64,000 nucleotides of DNA from Candidatus Nomurabacteria bacterium RIFCSPLOWO2_01_FULL_42_17 (GTDB lineage Bacteria > Patescibacteriota > Minisyncoccia > Phycocordibacterales > UBA9973), in the NCBI GenBank assembly GCA_001785985.1, contig MFVE01000002.1:28600-92599 (forward strand). Reading direction: 5' to 3'. The notes under the pieces are model-generated. The model ran no database searches and had not been told where the DNA came from. It worked only from the letters and a program-made list of their open reading frames with translations. Below, in pieces: positions 28,002 through 37,458 of the stretch. The position numbers and the translations under genes were made by a program. Numbering within the stretch: position 1 is the stretch's first letter; each line of letters starts with the position of its first letter.

Positions 28002-30011
28002 ATGAAAAAAACAAGACTACCTTTCAGTTCGCTAAGTAAGGATTCCACGGAACAAAAAACCTCTCTACATAATGCAGGAGAAACTAGAGAAATCAGAGAA
28101 ACCGCAGGAGGCAACCATGCTGCGCCTCCCCGCTCGCAAGAACGGTTCTCAAGAGAGCACAGAGCGCACAGAACAGAAGACAAAAAAAAGCCGATGAAAA
28201 GCTCTACTTATCAGTATCGAAAGAAAAGATACGGGGGGGGAGCTCCGAGCCAATTCAAGGGAGGGCCTAAATCAAGCGCAAGTAATATAAAAATCCCGCC
28301 GGTAGAGCCGGGTATCATTCGCATCATCCCGCTAGGAGGCGTGGAAGAAATCGGCAAAAATATGACAGCCATCGAGATCGGGGATGACATCATCGTCATC
28401 GACGCCGGCATGCATTTTTCCAACGAAGCCACGCCCGGAGTAGACTATGTTATTCCAAATACGACCTATCTCGAAGAACGCAAAGGCAAAATCCGCGCGC
28501 TCATCATCACTCATGGACACTTGGACCACATCGGCGGCGTGCCGCTCGTTCTCTCACGCATCGGAAATCCTCCGGTCTATTCCAGAAATCTTTCTATTCT
28601 GATGATGCGCAAGCGCCAGACGGAATTCCCCCACTTGCCGGCAATGAAAGAAAATATCGTTGAAAAAGATGAAACGATAACCTGCGGAAAAATAAAAGTC
28701 AGGTTCTTTGGGGTTACCCATACCATACCGGACTCCATGGGCATCATCGTAGAGACAGAACATGGATGGATCGTCACTCCCGGAGATTACAAGCTCGACC
28801 AAGTGGATGGAATCGTCTCGAAAGAAGAAGAGAAAGAATATGCCATTTTTGATAAAGCAAAAGTTCTCCTCTTGATGACCGACTCCACCAATATAGAAAA
28901 CGAGGGCTTCTCCCTGCCAGAGATAAAAGTGCACCAAGGACTCGAAAATCTGGTGAGGAAAGTTCCCGGCAGAATGATCATCGCCGCTTTTGCCTCGCAT
29001 ATCACCCGACTCGCCCATGTGGTGAAATTTGCGGAATCACTCGGGAAGAAAATAGTGCTAGATGGACGTTCGATGAAGACCAACATAGATGTAGCAATCG
29101 AAGCCGGACTCTTCACTCCGAAAAAAGATACAATCATACCGATCGAAGAAGCGGACAATTATCCTCCAAATAAAGTGGTGGTGTTGATGACTGGCGCGCA
29201 AGGCGAAGAATTCGCATCGCTAAATCGGGTGGCGAACAAAACTCACACAAAATTCAGACTACATACGGGAGACACCGTCATCCTCTCTGCTTCGATCATT
29301 CCGGGGAATGAAAGAGCGGTAGAAAAAATGAAAGACGGACTGACCAGGCAGGGCGCGCGGATCATCAGCTACCGCACCGCCGGCGAGGATTTCGTCCACG
29401 CCACGGGACACGGCAATCAAGAAGACGTCAAATGGCTGCACCGAAAAACACATCCAAAGTTCTTTATTCCAATTCACGGCAATCACTACCGTCTCGTGCT
29501 ACATAAAGAACTCGCAATGGACCTCGGTATGAGTGAAGAGAATGTCGTCGTCCCAGACAATGGCTCAATTATTGAGATATCCGCTGACGGACAAAAAATA
29601 GTAACTCGCAAAGAGAAAGCGCCTTCGGGCCTGATGATGGTAGACGGCACATCCGTCGGGGATGCGCAAGACGTAGTCATCCGCGACCGGGTGATGCTCG
29701 CGCAAGATGGTATGTTCGTCATCATCGCCTTGCTCGATCAAAAAACTGGCAAATTAAAAAAGTCCCCGGACCTGATCTCGCGCGGATTTGTCTACTTAAA
29801 AGAAAACCAGGAGCTCCTGCGCCAAGTGCGAATAATTATCAAAAAATCAGTGGAAGATGGAGCGGCCAGGATTCCTGTCCGATCTCATTCTGCCCCAAAC
29901 CAAATAGATTTCGACCACATCAAAGCAGACCTGGGAGAAGTAGTTTCAAAATTCTTATATCAAAAAACTGAAAAAAGGCCTCTGGTCATACCAGTGATCC
30001 TAAGCGTCTAG
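28002..30011 (+). CDS. rnj: Ribonuclease J
   Basis: PLGGVEEIGKN, THGHLDHIG, HTIPD, HATGH, PIHG. Confidence 0.96.
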   Translation: MKKTRLPFSSLSKDSTEQKTSLHNAGETREIRETAGGNHAAPPRSQERFSREHRAHRTEDKKKPMKSSTYQYRKKRYGGGAPSQFKGGPKSSASNIKIPPVEPGIIRIIPLGGVEEIGKNMTAIEIGDDIIVIDAGMHFSNEATPGVDYVIPNTTYLEERKGKIRALIITHGHLDHIGGVPLVLSRIGNPPVYSRNLSILMMRKRQTEFPHLPAMKENIVEKDETITCGKIKVRFFGVTHTIPDSMGIIVETEHGWIVTPGDYKLDQVDGIVSKEEEKEYAIFDKAKVLLLMTDSTNIENEGFSLPEIKVHQGLENLVRKVPGRMIIAAFASHITRLAHVVKFAESLGKKIVLDGRSMKTNIDVAIEAGLFTPKKDTIIPIEEADNYPPNKVVVLMTGAQGEEFASLNRVANKTHTKFRLHTGDTVILSASIIPGNERAVEKMKDGLTRQGARIISYRTAGEDFVHATGHGNQEDVKWLHRKTHPKFFIPIHGNHYRLVLHKELAMDLGMSEENVVVPDNGSIIEISADGQKIVTRKEKAPSGLMMVDGTSVGDAQDVVIRDRVMLAQDGMFVIIALLDQKTGKLKKSPDLISRGFVYLKENQELLRQVRIIIKKSVEDGAARIPVRSHSAPNQIDFDHIKADLGEVVSKFLYQKTEKRPLVIPVILSV

Positions 30012-30058
30012 GAAGTAGTTGAAGGTTATAAAGTTCATAAAGTTATAAAGAAAATACT

Positions 30059-31210
30059 TTGAATAAAAAAAGAAAAATAATATATTTAGTAGGTTTCATT
30101 TTTTCCCTATCGATCGCGCTGATGGCCTACATAAACTCGAGCTTCATCGCTTCTTTTATCGATGAAAAATCGGTGGGAACAGTCTACACTCTCGGATCCG
30201 TCGTTTCAATATTTGCGCTTCTCGTAGTCCCAAAGATTTTTAGGAAAGTGGGCGGGTATAAGTTTCTACTCTGGGCGATCGCCACAAATGCCCTCGCCAC
30301 AGCGCTTTTTGCCTTTGCCCAAAATGCTTGGAGCGCAATTGTGCTATTTACTATCATCTTCACTCTCAACATCCTGATATTTTTCGCCCTGGATGAACTT
30401 TTAAAAATAATTTCAAAAGATTCTTCAACTGGCAAAACCAGAGGAAGCTATCTGGCCCTCGCTAGCCTGGCTTGGATCATTGCCCAATTACTCCTCGGTA
30501 CAATTCTGGGCGAATCTTCCTTTCAAATGATCTATCTGACCAGTTTTGTGGTAATGCTATTATTTTTTAAAATTGTGCATGCATACCTCCGAGATATACC
30601 AGACCCGGAATATGACAAAACAAATACAAAAAAGTATCTCGGAGAATTTCTAAAAAACAAAAATCTATTTCGCGCGTATGTCTTGGCTCTCTTGCTACAA
30701 TTTTTCTACTGCTGGATGGTGATCTATACGCCGATATACCTTTCTTCCTACTTGGGCTTTTCTTGGAGCCAGATCGGTATAATTTTCGCCATCATGCTCT
30801 TGCCTTTTTCCATCATCCCCTTCCACTTGGGCAGATATTCGGATAAAATCGGCGAAAGAAAAATATTAATGTTCGGATTCGCCGTCGCCTCTGTTGCCAC
30901 TCTATCCCTCTTTTTTATAGGACAGCCGGAGGTATGGATATGGGCAGGACTGTTATTTCTCACCCGAATCGGGGCCGCCAGCATCGAAGTAGTGGGCGAT
31001 GCCTATTTTTTCAAACATATCAGGCCGGAAAATGAAGAATTTGTGGGAGTCTATCGTAGCGCCACTCCAGTCGCTTATATCTTCGGGCCGCTCTTTGCTT
31101 TTCTAGTTTTCATTTTCGTTCCGTCTTTTAATTTTCTCTACCTCGTACTCGGCGCTTTTCTGCTATACGGAATTTATCTCTCCTCCACTATTGCTAAAAG
31201 CGATATTTAA
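30059..31210 (+). CDS. MFS transporter
   Basis: About 12 TMs; GRYSDKIGERK motif-A-like loop. Confidence 0.85.
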   Translation: MNKKRKIIYLVGFIFSLSIALMAYINSSFIASFIDEKSVGTVYTLGSVVSIFALLVVPKIFRKVGGYKFLLWAIATNALATALFAFAQNAWSAIVLFTIIFTLNILIFFALDELLKIISKDSSTGKTRGSYLALASLAWIIAQLLLGTILGESSFQMIYLTSFVVMLLFFKIVHAYLRDIPDPEYDKTNTKKYLGEFLKNKNLFRAYVLALLLQFFYCWMVIYTPIYLSSYLGFSWSQIGIIFAIMLLPFSIIPFHLGRYSDKIGERKILMFGFAVASVATLSLFFIGQPEVWIWAGLLFLTRIGAASIEVVGDAYFFKHIRPENEEFVGVYRSATPVAYIFGPLFAFLVFIFVPSFNFLYLVLGAFLLYGIYLSSTIAKSDI

Positions 31211-31224
31211 TTCTTTGAAATTTT

Positions 31225-31253
31225 TTGACATAAGACCCTAGATATGCTATAAT
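31225..31253 (+). promoter_or_regulatory. Consensus sigma70 promoter
   Basis: TTGACA-N17-TATAAT. Confidence 0.85.
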
Positions 31254-31346
31254 AAGCAAGTAGGGACTTTGTATTTTTGAAAACAAAAAATGTCGTTGAA
31301 GCAATCGACATACAAAAAACAGCTTCAAAAATGAAAGGAGGCCAAA

Positions 31347-31889
31347 ATGGCCAACAAGAAAAGATCTGTCGGGGTGATACTCGTCAGCTGGACAGAAATC
31401 GGTTTTGTCGCGGTACTTCAGGTACGAGCCAAATGGAATGAGGAGAAGAATGCTCCAGAATCCTGGCCCGGCGCATGCCAGGTCACCGTCCATGGAAAGC
31501 TCGAGGGAGAGGAAGGTTTCCTTGAAGCTCTCATACGAGAAATCAAGGAAGAGTTAGGAAGTGCATCGACCTCGGTGATCAACGCGTTAGTCAATAACGG
31601 GAGATTGACCAGGTTGGTTAACGATGAGACCGAAGATAAACAAAGCCTGACTTACGGGGGTGTGGTCAAAGAGCAGGTAGTCGGAGCGCTCTTGGCAATA
31701 GCAAAAACCCCCACTTGCGGCGGATTCCAGATTATCCGCAGTAAAGATGTAGACAATATTGTCGACATACATACATTCGACAAAGCAAGTGGCGTAATGG
31801 ACGAAAATGTCATCGCAATGTTTCCCGACGAGAAGGAAGCCGTCAGGCTCGCCTTCGAGAAACTCGGCTGTGAAAAGAAGCCAGCGTAA
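31347..31889 (+). CDS. Nudix-family hydrolase
   Basis: GKLEGEEGFLEALIREIKEELG Nudix box; SD AAGGAGG upstream. Confidence 0.8.
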   Translation: MANKKRSVGVILVSWTEIGFVAVLQVRAKWNEEKNAPESWPGACQVTVHGKLEGEEGFLEALIREIKEELGSASTSVINALVNNGRLTRLVNDETEDKQSLTYGGVVKEQVVGALLAIAKTPTCGGFQIIRSKDVDNIVDIHTFDKASGVMDENVIAMFPDEKEAVRLAFEKLGCEKKPA

Positions 31890-31961
31890 AATTTTCCCCA
31901 AGTCGCTAGGGTGTAGCGACAAAAACCAAACAACCGCGCTAGTATCACTGCGCGGTTTGTT

Positions 31962-32393
31962 TTATTTTTGGGCGCGGATTAGGTGATTTTTGTATAATTT
32001 TTCCTTATAAGGCTTCAAGCGCGCCAGCTTTATTTCTATGCCCCTGCTTTTCAAATCCTTTTTCAGATTTTTAACATACGCCTTCTGATCATACCCCAGA
32101 GCAATAATATCCGGACTTTCTTTGATGATATGCGGAAGATGATCGCGGGCCCCCGACAAAACCACTTTGTCAACTAGAGGACAATTTCTGACTAGAGCCA
32201 TCCTTTTTTTCTCATTCAAGAATGGCCGCTTCCCTTTTATCTGTTTTACATTTTTATCTCTCGCCACAGAAACAATCAAAAATGGTTTCAAAGGTCTCTT
32301 GACCAATTTTTGCGCCTGCTTGAAAAAATTAAGATGCCCTTGGTGTAATCCATCAAAAGTGCCGAAGACCATTATTTTCTTACTGACTCTCAT
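31962..32393 (-). CDS. Nucleotidyltransferase (RibL/FAD synthase-like)
   Basis: FGTFDGLHQGH, VARD, PDIIALGYDQ. Confidence 0.85.
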   Translation of the reverse strand: MRVSKKIMVFGTFDGLHQGHLNFFKQAQKLVKRPLKPFLIVSVARDKNVKQIKGKRPFLNEKKRMALVRNCPLVDKVVLSGARDHLPHIIKESPDIIALGYDQKAYVKNLKKDLKSRGIEIKLARLKPYKEKLYKNHLIRAQK

Positions 32394-33064
32394 TGAAAAG
32401 AAATACTTTTTATGACCACTGCGGTGATTGGCCGATCAGCTTCTCCGGTCGGCGTATTTACAATTTTTGTTACAACATCCATTCCAGATGTCACCTTCCC
32501 AAAAACGACATGCTTGGTATCTAGAAAATTATTTGCCGCCACGTTGATGAAAAACTGGCTGCCATTTGTATTTGGACCCGAGTTCGCCATCGATATCGTG
32601 CCAACATCATTCCTATTTTGAGTGTTTGTAGAGCCTAATTCATCAGCAAAAGAGTAGCCCGGTCCACCCGTGCCCCAGAGAGCCATCTTAGAGTCGTCTT
32701 TGGTAAGAGGGTCCCCTCCCTGAATCATAAAACCTTTGATCACTCGATGAAACTTGGTCCCATTATAAAACCCCTCCTTGGCCAGCTTGATGAAATTCGC
32801 CGACGTCTTTGGAGTTTGCGATTCAAAAAATTCTATTACGATGTCTCCCATGCTTGTACGTAGTGTAGCGGTTGTCATTTTTTTTGTATCTTCCATGTTA
32901 TTTGTATTTTCTAAATTATCCCCAGTTTTTATTTCAGAAGTGATGCTTAAATTGTTTCCCGCCGTTGTAAATTCATTGTTCAAAGATTCTTTATTCTGCG
33001 TTAAAAAACTAATAAATAAAATACTTGAAACAAGAACAACGCCAATAATTATATATTTTTTCAT
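32390..33064 (-). CDS. Cyclophilin-type peptidyl-prolyl isomerase, membrane-anchored
   Basis: FHRVIKGFMIQGGDP, SMANSGPNTNGSQFF. Confidence 0.95.
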   Translation of the reverse strand: MKKYIIIGVVLVSSILFISFLTQNKESLNNEFTTAGNNLSITSEIKTGDNLENTNNMEDTKKMTTATLRTSMGDIVIEFFESQTPKTSANFIKLAKEGFYNGTKFHRVIKGFMIQGGDPLTKDDSKMALWGTGGPGYSFADELGSTNTQNRNDVGTISMANSGPNTNGSQFFINVAANNFLDTKHVVFGKVTSGMDVVTKIVNTPTGEADRPITAVVIKSISFQ

Positions 33065-33089
33065 GGCTCTATATTACACAATCAATCAA

Positions 33090-33866
33090 TTAGTCGCAAA
33101 CCACCACCGTCATGTTATAACTTGCTGTTGTATCATGCATTGAAAATGCAGTACTACTTGTCTCTGTTCCAGATCTATCATCAGTTACCCAAGTACCGTC
33201 TCTATTGCCGAAGACAGTGCTTGCTGTGCCCTCACCTTGTGTGCCTACGTATTCGTTATTACCGGCCCAAATTGATGACCATGTACTGTTAGCAAGTTGT
33301 TTATAAAATGAAGGTTCAAAATTTCTTAGTGTGCCAGCGGTGGCGATAGTAGTACCCCATATCGTGCACCCATCATCATCCGCACAAATATTTTGTCCAT
33401 TGACTAACATAGTAACCGCAACATATGAAGGATTACCACTAGTGCTCAGAGGAGCTGTACAAATACGTTCTGCTGTCGTCGCCCCCGTCGCCCATGAGGC
33501 ATTTCCTGATGCATCAGATGTGAGCACTTTATTAGCACCCGCGCCTGTCGTCATCTGGAAAGTAGAAGTCTTTGTCTGTCCAGATACATCGAGCTTGGCC
33601 GCAGGGGCAATAACTCCGATCCCCACATTGCCATTTTCTACGATTAATCCATTCGCCAAAGTTTGACCCGCATCGTTTAATCCCTTCAACCAGAGACTGG
33701 CCTGTTTGGTTTGTCCGATTCCGCCGACGTTGAGAGGAGCAGGTGTGTTTTCATTTGGCGGAGAAGAAGGCGGATTGGTCCAATCTGCCATCACTGAAAT
33801 AGCCGAGGCTCCGATGATCAGACCGAGAGTCAAAGTTCCTAAAGCTGTTAATAAATGTTTTTTCAT
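33090..33866 (-). CDS. Secreted surface/fibre-like protein
   Basis: Signal peptide, WTNPPSSPP...APLNVG, GNVGIG, KVLTSDASGNASW. Confidence 0.7.
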   Translation of the reverse strand: MKKHLLTALGTLTLGLIIGASAISVMADWTNPPSSPPNENTPAPLNVGGIGQTKQASLWLKGLNDAGQTLANGLIVENGNVGIGVIAPAAKLDVSGQTKTSTFQMTTGAGANKVLTSDASGNASWATGATTAERICTAPLSTSGNPSYVAVTMLVNGQNICADDDGCTIWGTTIATAGTLRNFEPSFYKQLANSTWSSIWAGNNEYVGTQGEGTASTVFGNRDGTWVTDDRSGTETSSTAFSMHDTTASYNMTVVVCD

Positions 33867-33910
33867 ATTTTTTTATTTGCTATAGATTAATTTATTTATA
33901 ATGGGAATAC

Positions 33911-34123
33911 TTATGATGTCTTGTTGATAAGCTTCATTCGTTCTTCGTCGGTCATTTTTGGATTGGCTGGAGGAATGTTTGATGTTTTGTTGATGATTTC
34001 AAATCGCTCTTCGTCAGTCAAAGTAGGTGGCGGGGATTTGGAACGAGGAGAATAGAAAAAAAGAAATACGCAGAGGAAAACTACAATTAAAATAAGCAGT
34101 AAAATTTTCGCATTTCTAGTCAT
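33911..34123 (-). CDS. Small membrane-anchored protein with a duplicated TDEER..INKTS motif
   Basis: N-terminal TM and internal tandem repeat. Confidence 0.55.
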   Translation of the reverse strand: MTRNAKILLLILIVVFLCVFLFFYSPRSKSPPPTLTDEERFEIINKTSNIPPANPKMTDEERMKLINKTS

Positions 34124-34182
34124 ACCTAGATAAAGTATATAACAAAAGGGAGAGGGTGAAAAATATGGGTGTGGATAACCCG

Positions 34183-34719
34183 TTATGGCATGATTATTCC
34201 TTCGGGGCCCTTGCCTCTGTTGCGTAAAATAAACTCTAGTATTTTTGCTTCATCATAACTGTCCAACTTCTCTAGCCTAGTCCAAGATGCTAGTACAATC
34301 TTTGAATCATTGGCGTCTCTAGGTGACAAGATAATATTGCCACCATTTGCTTTGGTAATTTTTTCTAAATTTTCCTTTGTATCTGAATCAATATCTTTAT
34401 AAGTGATCCATATACCGCCATGTTCTAGATTGTGTATTGCTTGTTCGTCCGCGAGAGGTCTACCATACACTCCCCAATTCGCTGGCAGTACATAATGCCA
34501 GCCCGAAGTCGGAGGATTGGAATTATATGAGGGATGCGATTCGCCATTTTTTATGTGCACTTGCCCTTGGTTTTCAAATTCTTGTCCGATAGATTCTAGG
34601 TTTTGAACATTTTTGCCGACTCTGTAATTGACATATTTAGCATCCTGAATGCTTGTAAGCCAGATAATTAGACCGATCGATACAAACGCGATTATCAAAA
34701 TAATGATAAATTTTTTCAT
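34183..34719 (-). CDS. DUF3105-domain protein
   Basis: YNSNPPTSGWH, HNLEHG, LASW, GPE. Confidence 0.88.
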   Translation of the reverse strand: MKKFIIILIIAFVSIGLIIWLTSIQDAKYVNYRVGKNVQNLESIGQEFENQGQVHIKNGESHPSYNSNPPTSGWHYVLPANWGVYGRPLADEQAIHNLEHGGIWITYKDIDSDTKENLEKITKANGGNIILSPRDANDSKIVLASWTRLEKLDSYDEAKILEFILRNRGKGPEGIIMP

Positions 34720-34736
34720 GTCAAAAATATATCATA

Positions 34737-35126
34737 TTAAAAAAGCTTAGGCAAGAAAATAATCAGTCCGATAATGACAGCCGTAAATACAGAAAGCAAA
34801 ACGGCCGCTGCGGCCACGTCTTTGGTATCCCTGGCGTAAGGGTGATATTCGGGCGAAGTCAAATCTATATCTATTTCGACTGCTGTATTCAGCGCTTCGG
34901 TCACAAAGACAAAGCCAATTGCAAAGATGAGCGCTAGCCATTCATAGAGAGAAACCTTAAAATAGAACCCAAAAACTACCACGAGCAAAGCTGCTATTAT
35001 ATGTATAAACAAATGCCTGGTAGTTTTAGACAAAACGTACAGACCTCGAAAAGCGTTAGCGAATTTTTCGCTGTATCTCACCTCTCGCCAAGCCTTTTTT
35101 TCTTTCTGTGTTTCTTTGGAATTCAT
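34737..35126 (-). CDS. Diacylglycerol/undecaprenol kinase (DgkA family)
   Basis: EALNTAVE..ID, KDVAAAAV. Confidence 0.9.
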   Translation of the reverse strand: MNSKETQKEKKAWREVRYSEKFANAFRGLYVLSKTTRHLFIHIIAALLVVVFGFYFKVSLYEWLALIFAIGFVFVTEALNTAVEIDIDLTSPEYHPYARDTKDVAAAAVLLSVFTAVIIGLIIFLPKLF

Positions 35127-35161
35127 TATTTACTTTATAACTTTATGAACTTACGAACTTT

Positions 35162-35599
35162 CTACTCGACTCGGAGAGTCCCTTTCATGCCGGCCGCTCG
35201 GTGACTGCCAACAGAGCAATAATATTCAAAACTTCCAATCTTATCCGCCGTAAATTCTAAAACTCCGGTATTCGGTGACTGCGCTTGTTGTGTGGCAATC
35301 CCGAATTCATCTATCTTAAAATCATGAAATCCATTTTCATTTTTGAAAATTATTTTTACCCTATCTCCTTTTTGCACTGTCAAAAGAGACGGAGTGAAAG
35401 AAAAATTCTGGCCAACGACGGTAAACTCTCTGACTGCTGGGGTAATTACAGATGCAGTTATAGTCGGAGTGAGAGTTGTATTTATTTGATTGTTCTCCAC
35501 TCCGGCAGGCGCTTCAGCTCTCTTGCCTTTTCCCAAAAAAAACACTGCCCCGGCTACTAAAATGATCAAAATAATTATGATTATGTAATTCTTTTTCAT
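35162..35599 (-). CDS. Membrane-anchored cupredoxin
   Basis: GFHDF, YYCSVGSHRAAGM type-1 copper ligands. Confidence 0.9.
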   Translation of the reverse strand: MKKNYIIIIILIILVAGAVFFLGKGKRAEAPAGVENNQINTTLTPTITASVITPAVREFTVVGQNFSFTPSLLTVQKGDRVKIIFKNENGFHDFKIDEFGIATQQAQSPNTGVLEFTADKIGSFEYYCSVGSHRAAGMKGTLRVE

Positions 35600-35662
35600 G
35601 GTTCTATATTATCACCATGACCCTGAGTTTGTCGAATGGGTCATGGAATTATTGTAGCATAA

Positions 35663-36832
35663 TTACTGATATTGTATATAGATAGGCTGTGGGCGCAATT
35701 GAAGCAGGTCATGCGGAGTCATGAGGGTAGTGCCGGGGGTGAGAAGATCATTTTTATAAAACAATTTAAAGCCGGTAAATTGAACTGGCTCTGGAAAAAT
35801 AAAATTCCGATAAGTACCGATTTTTTTCGCCATCACTCCCCAGCCGTCCATGTGCATGACGATTTGCACTTCGGGCAACGGTTTTATTGCTTGATAATTA
35901 GTCAACATTTTTTGAGTGTAGCGATGAATTACCAGGACTTTCGGCGGAATATTATTTTCTCTAACAATCTGGGCTAAGTAATTGGCCGTAAAATTTATAT
36001 CTGTAGCGTCCAAGGTGCCGACAATTTTCCCCGGCCGAATGCCAGTCTTCATAGAAAATTCTGGATCGACGCCCAAATGCACATTTGGCAATTTTAGGTA
36101 TTTTTGTAAACGCGGAACTTCCGTTTGTAAATTAGAAAAACCAACTTGAATATCTAAAAAAACAATCGCATTCCCGCCTGCATCAGCTATGCCTGAAGCA
36201 TTGCGAGCAGGTATTTTCGCCGCAATCGCTAAAACTTTATCTATTTCCGAGTCTGGCATTCGAAATCTGTATTTGCCGTCCGCCCCAGGACTCCCCTGTG
36301 CGACAACCGCGATATAGTGAAGCGCTGGTACAACTGGAGTATCTGGGTCTGCCGCTTCCCATTTTTTTACTTCCGCGTCTAGCCTCGCGAGCATTTCGGC
36401 TTCGGGATATTGGCCCAGAGCTCCCATCTTGGTGGAATATAAATTGCCATAGTAAGCGATGATGCGCCGAAACGGCAATATCGCCCCCGCATTCGGATAA
36501 ACTGTTTTCACCGGCCAAATGTTGGGCGGAGCAGGCGGAGGCGGGATGGTCACAGTCGTTTCTTCTCCAGTCTTTGGGTCTTTTACAATTTTGGTTGTAG
36601 ACGCTTTGGGTGGCGGATTATTTGCTAAGGCTTCCAGCTTTTTATCATATGCCGCGGTATCGAGTGGCGGAAGAGCAGTAAGTTTCTTTTCTTTTTTATT
36701 CTCTGTTAGTGTATTGGCATTTTGCTCATCTTTTATATAGGAAACACCACCAAAAAACTTTGGAAATACAAAGAACAAAAGTACCAGCAATAAAAGTAGA
36801 ATTGCAAAGAATTGCAAAATATTTTTTTTCAT
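35663..36832 (-). CDS. Membrane-anchored hypothetical protein
   Basis: N-terminal TM; LDIQVG, HLGVDPEF, MDGWG, GFKLFY; in-frame palindromic insert at 36173-36211. Confidence 0.7.
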   Translation of the reverse strand: MKKNILQFFAILLLLLVLLFFVFPKFFGGVSYIKDEQNANTLTENKKEKKLTALPPLDTAAYDKKLEALANNPPPKASTTKIVKDPKTGEETTVTIPPPPAPPNIWPVKTVYPNAGAILPFRRIIAYYGNLYSTKMGALGQYPEAEMLARLDAEVKKWEAADPDTPVVPALHYIAVVAQGSPGADGKYRFRMPDSEIDKVLAIAAKIPARNASGIADAGGNAIVFLDIQVGFSNLQTEVPRLQKYLKLPNVHLGVDPEFSMKTGIRPGKIVGTLDATDINFTANYLAQIVRENNIPPKVLVIHRYTQKMLTNYQAIKPLPEVQIVMHMDGWGVMAKKIGTYRNFIFPEPVQFTGFKLFYKNDLLTPGTTLMTPHDLLQLRPQPIYIQYQ

Positions 36833-36946
36833 TACAAAGACATCATAACAGAGTTTCATCTGGATTCACAATTTGATTAAAGAGCTTCTTTGTACTATTG
36901 TACTTATATTGCCGGATCATCTAAAAAATTAGTTGCTGTGCAAAGC

Positions 36947-37017
36947 TGGGAGATCGTCTAACGGTAGGACACGTCCCTCTGGAGGACGTTATCTTGGTTC
37001 GAATCCAAGTCTCCCAG
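36947..37017 (+). tRNA. tRNA-Gln(CUG)
   Basis: TGGGAGA/TCTCCCA acceptor stem, CGTCC-CTCTGGA-GGACG, GGTTCGAATCC. Confidence 0.95.
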
Positions 37018-37078
37018 CTTTGCACAGCAACAATACTTGAGATAGCAAAACACTCGACTTGTATGCTATACTAACAAC

Positions 37079-37264
37079 ATGAAAAATAGTGACTTAACTA
37101 AGATTTTAAATAGAGATCATGAGAATAAATGGGTGGCCTTGTCCGCAAATAGGGACAAAGTTCTTGGTGCTTCGTCTAGCCTAGTTGAACTTAAAAATAA
37201 AATAAGTAACAAAGATGTTATATACATGAAGGTGCAGCCTCGTGATGTATCATTTGCCTTCTAA
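37079..37264 (+). CDS. Small DUF5678-like protein
   Basis: NKWVALS...KVLG pattern; TATACT 6 nt before the ATG. Confidence 0.6.
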   Translation: MKNSDLTKILNRDHENKWVALSANRDKVLGASSSLVELKNKISNKDVIYMKVQPRDVSFAF

Positions 37265-37269
37265 ACAAA

Positions 37270-37458
37270 ATGCAGGACTGGAAAGAGTATCAATACACCG
37301 GTCAATTTAGCGCCAAAAGTGGTGACATAAGATATCGTCCAATGATATCGGCTACTATCACTGCTAATAATAAATCAGACAATTGTTTCTCTTTAATTGA
37401 TTCAGGTACTGATGATACCCTTAACCATGCAAAAAATAACTCCACATTTTTGGTTTGA
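37270..37458 (+). pseudogene. Truncated retropepsin-like aspartyl protease
   Basis: YRPMI...LIDSG, then runs out of frame into the next gene. Confidence 0.55.

Noticed and set aside
34170-34178. Replication origin suggested by DnaA boxes (also 54274 and a near-match at 410)
   Set aside because: Boxes are isolated rather than clustered, with no dnaA or dnaN in the window
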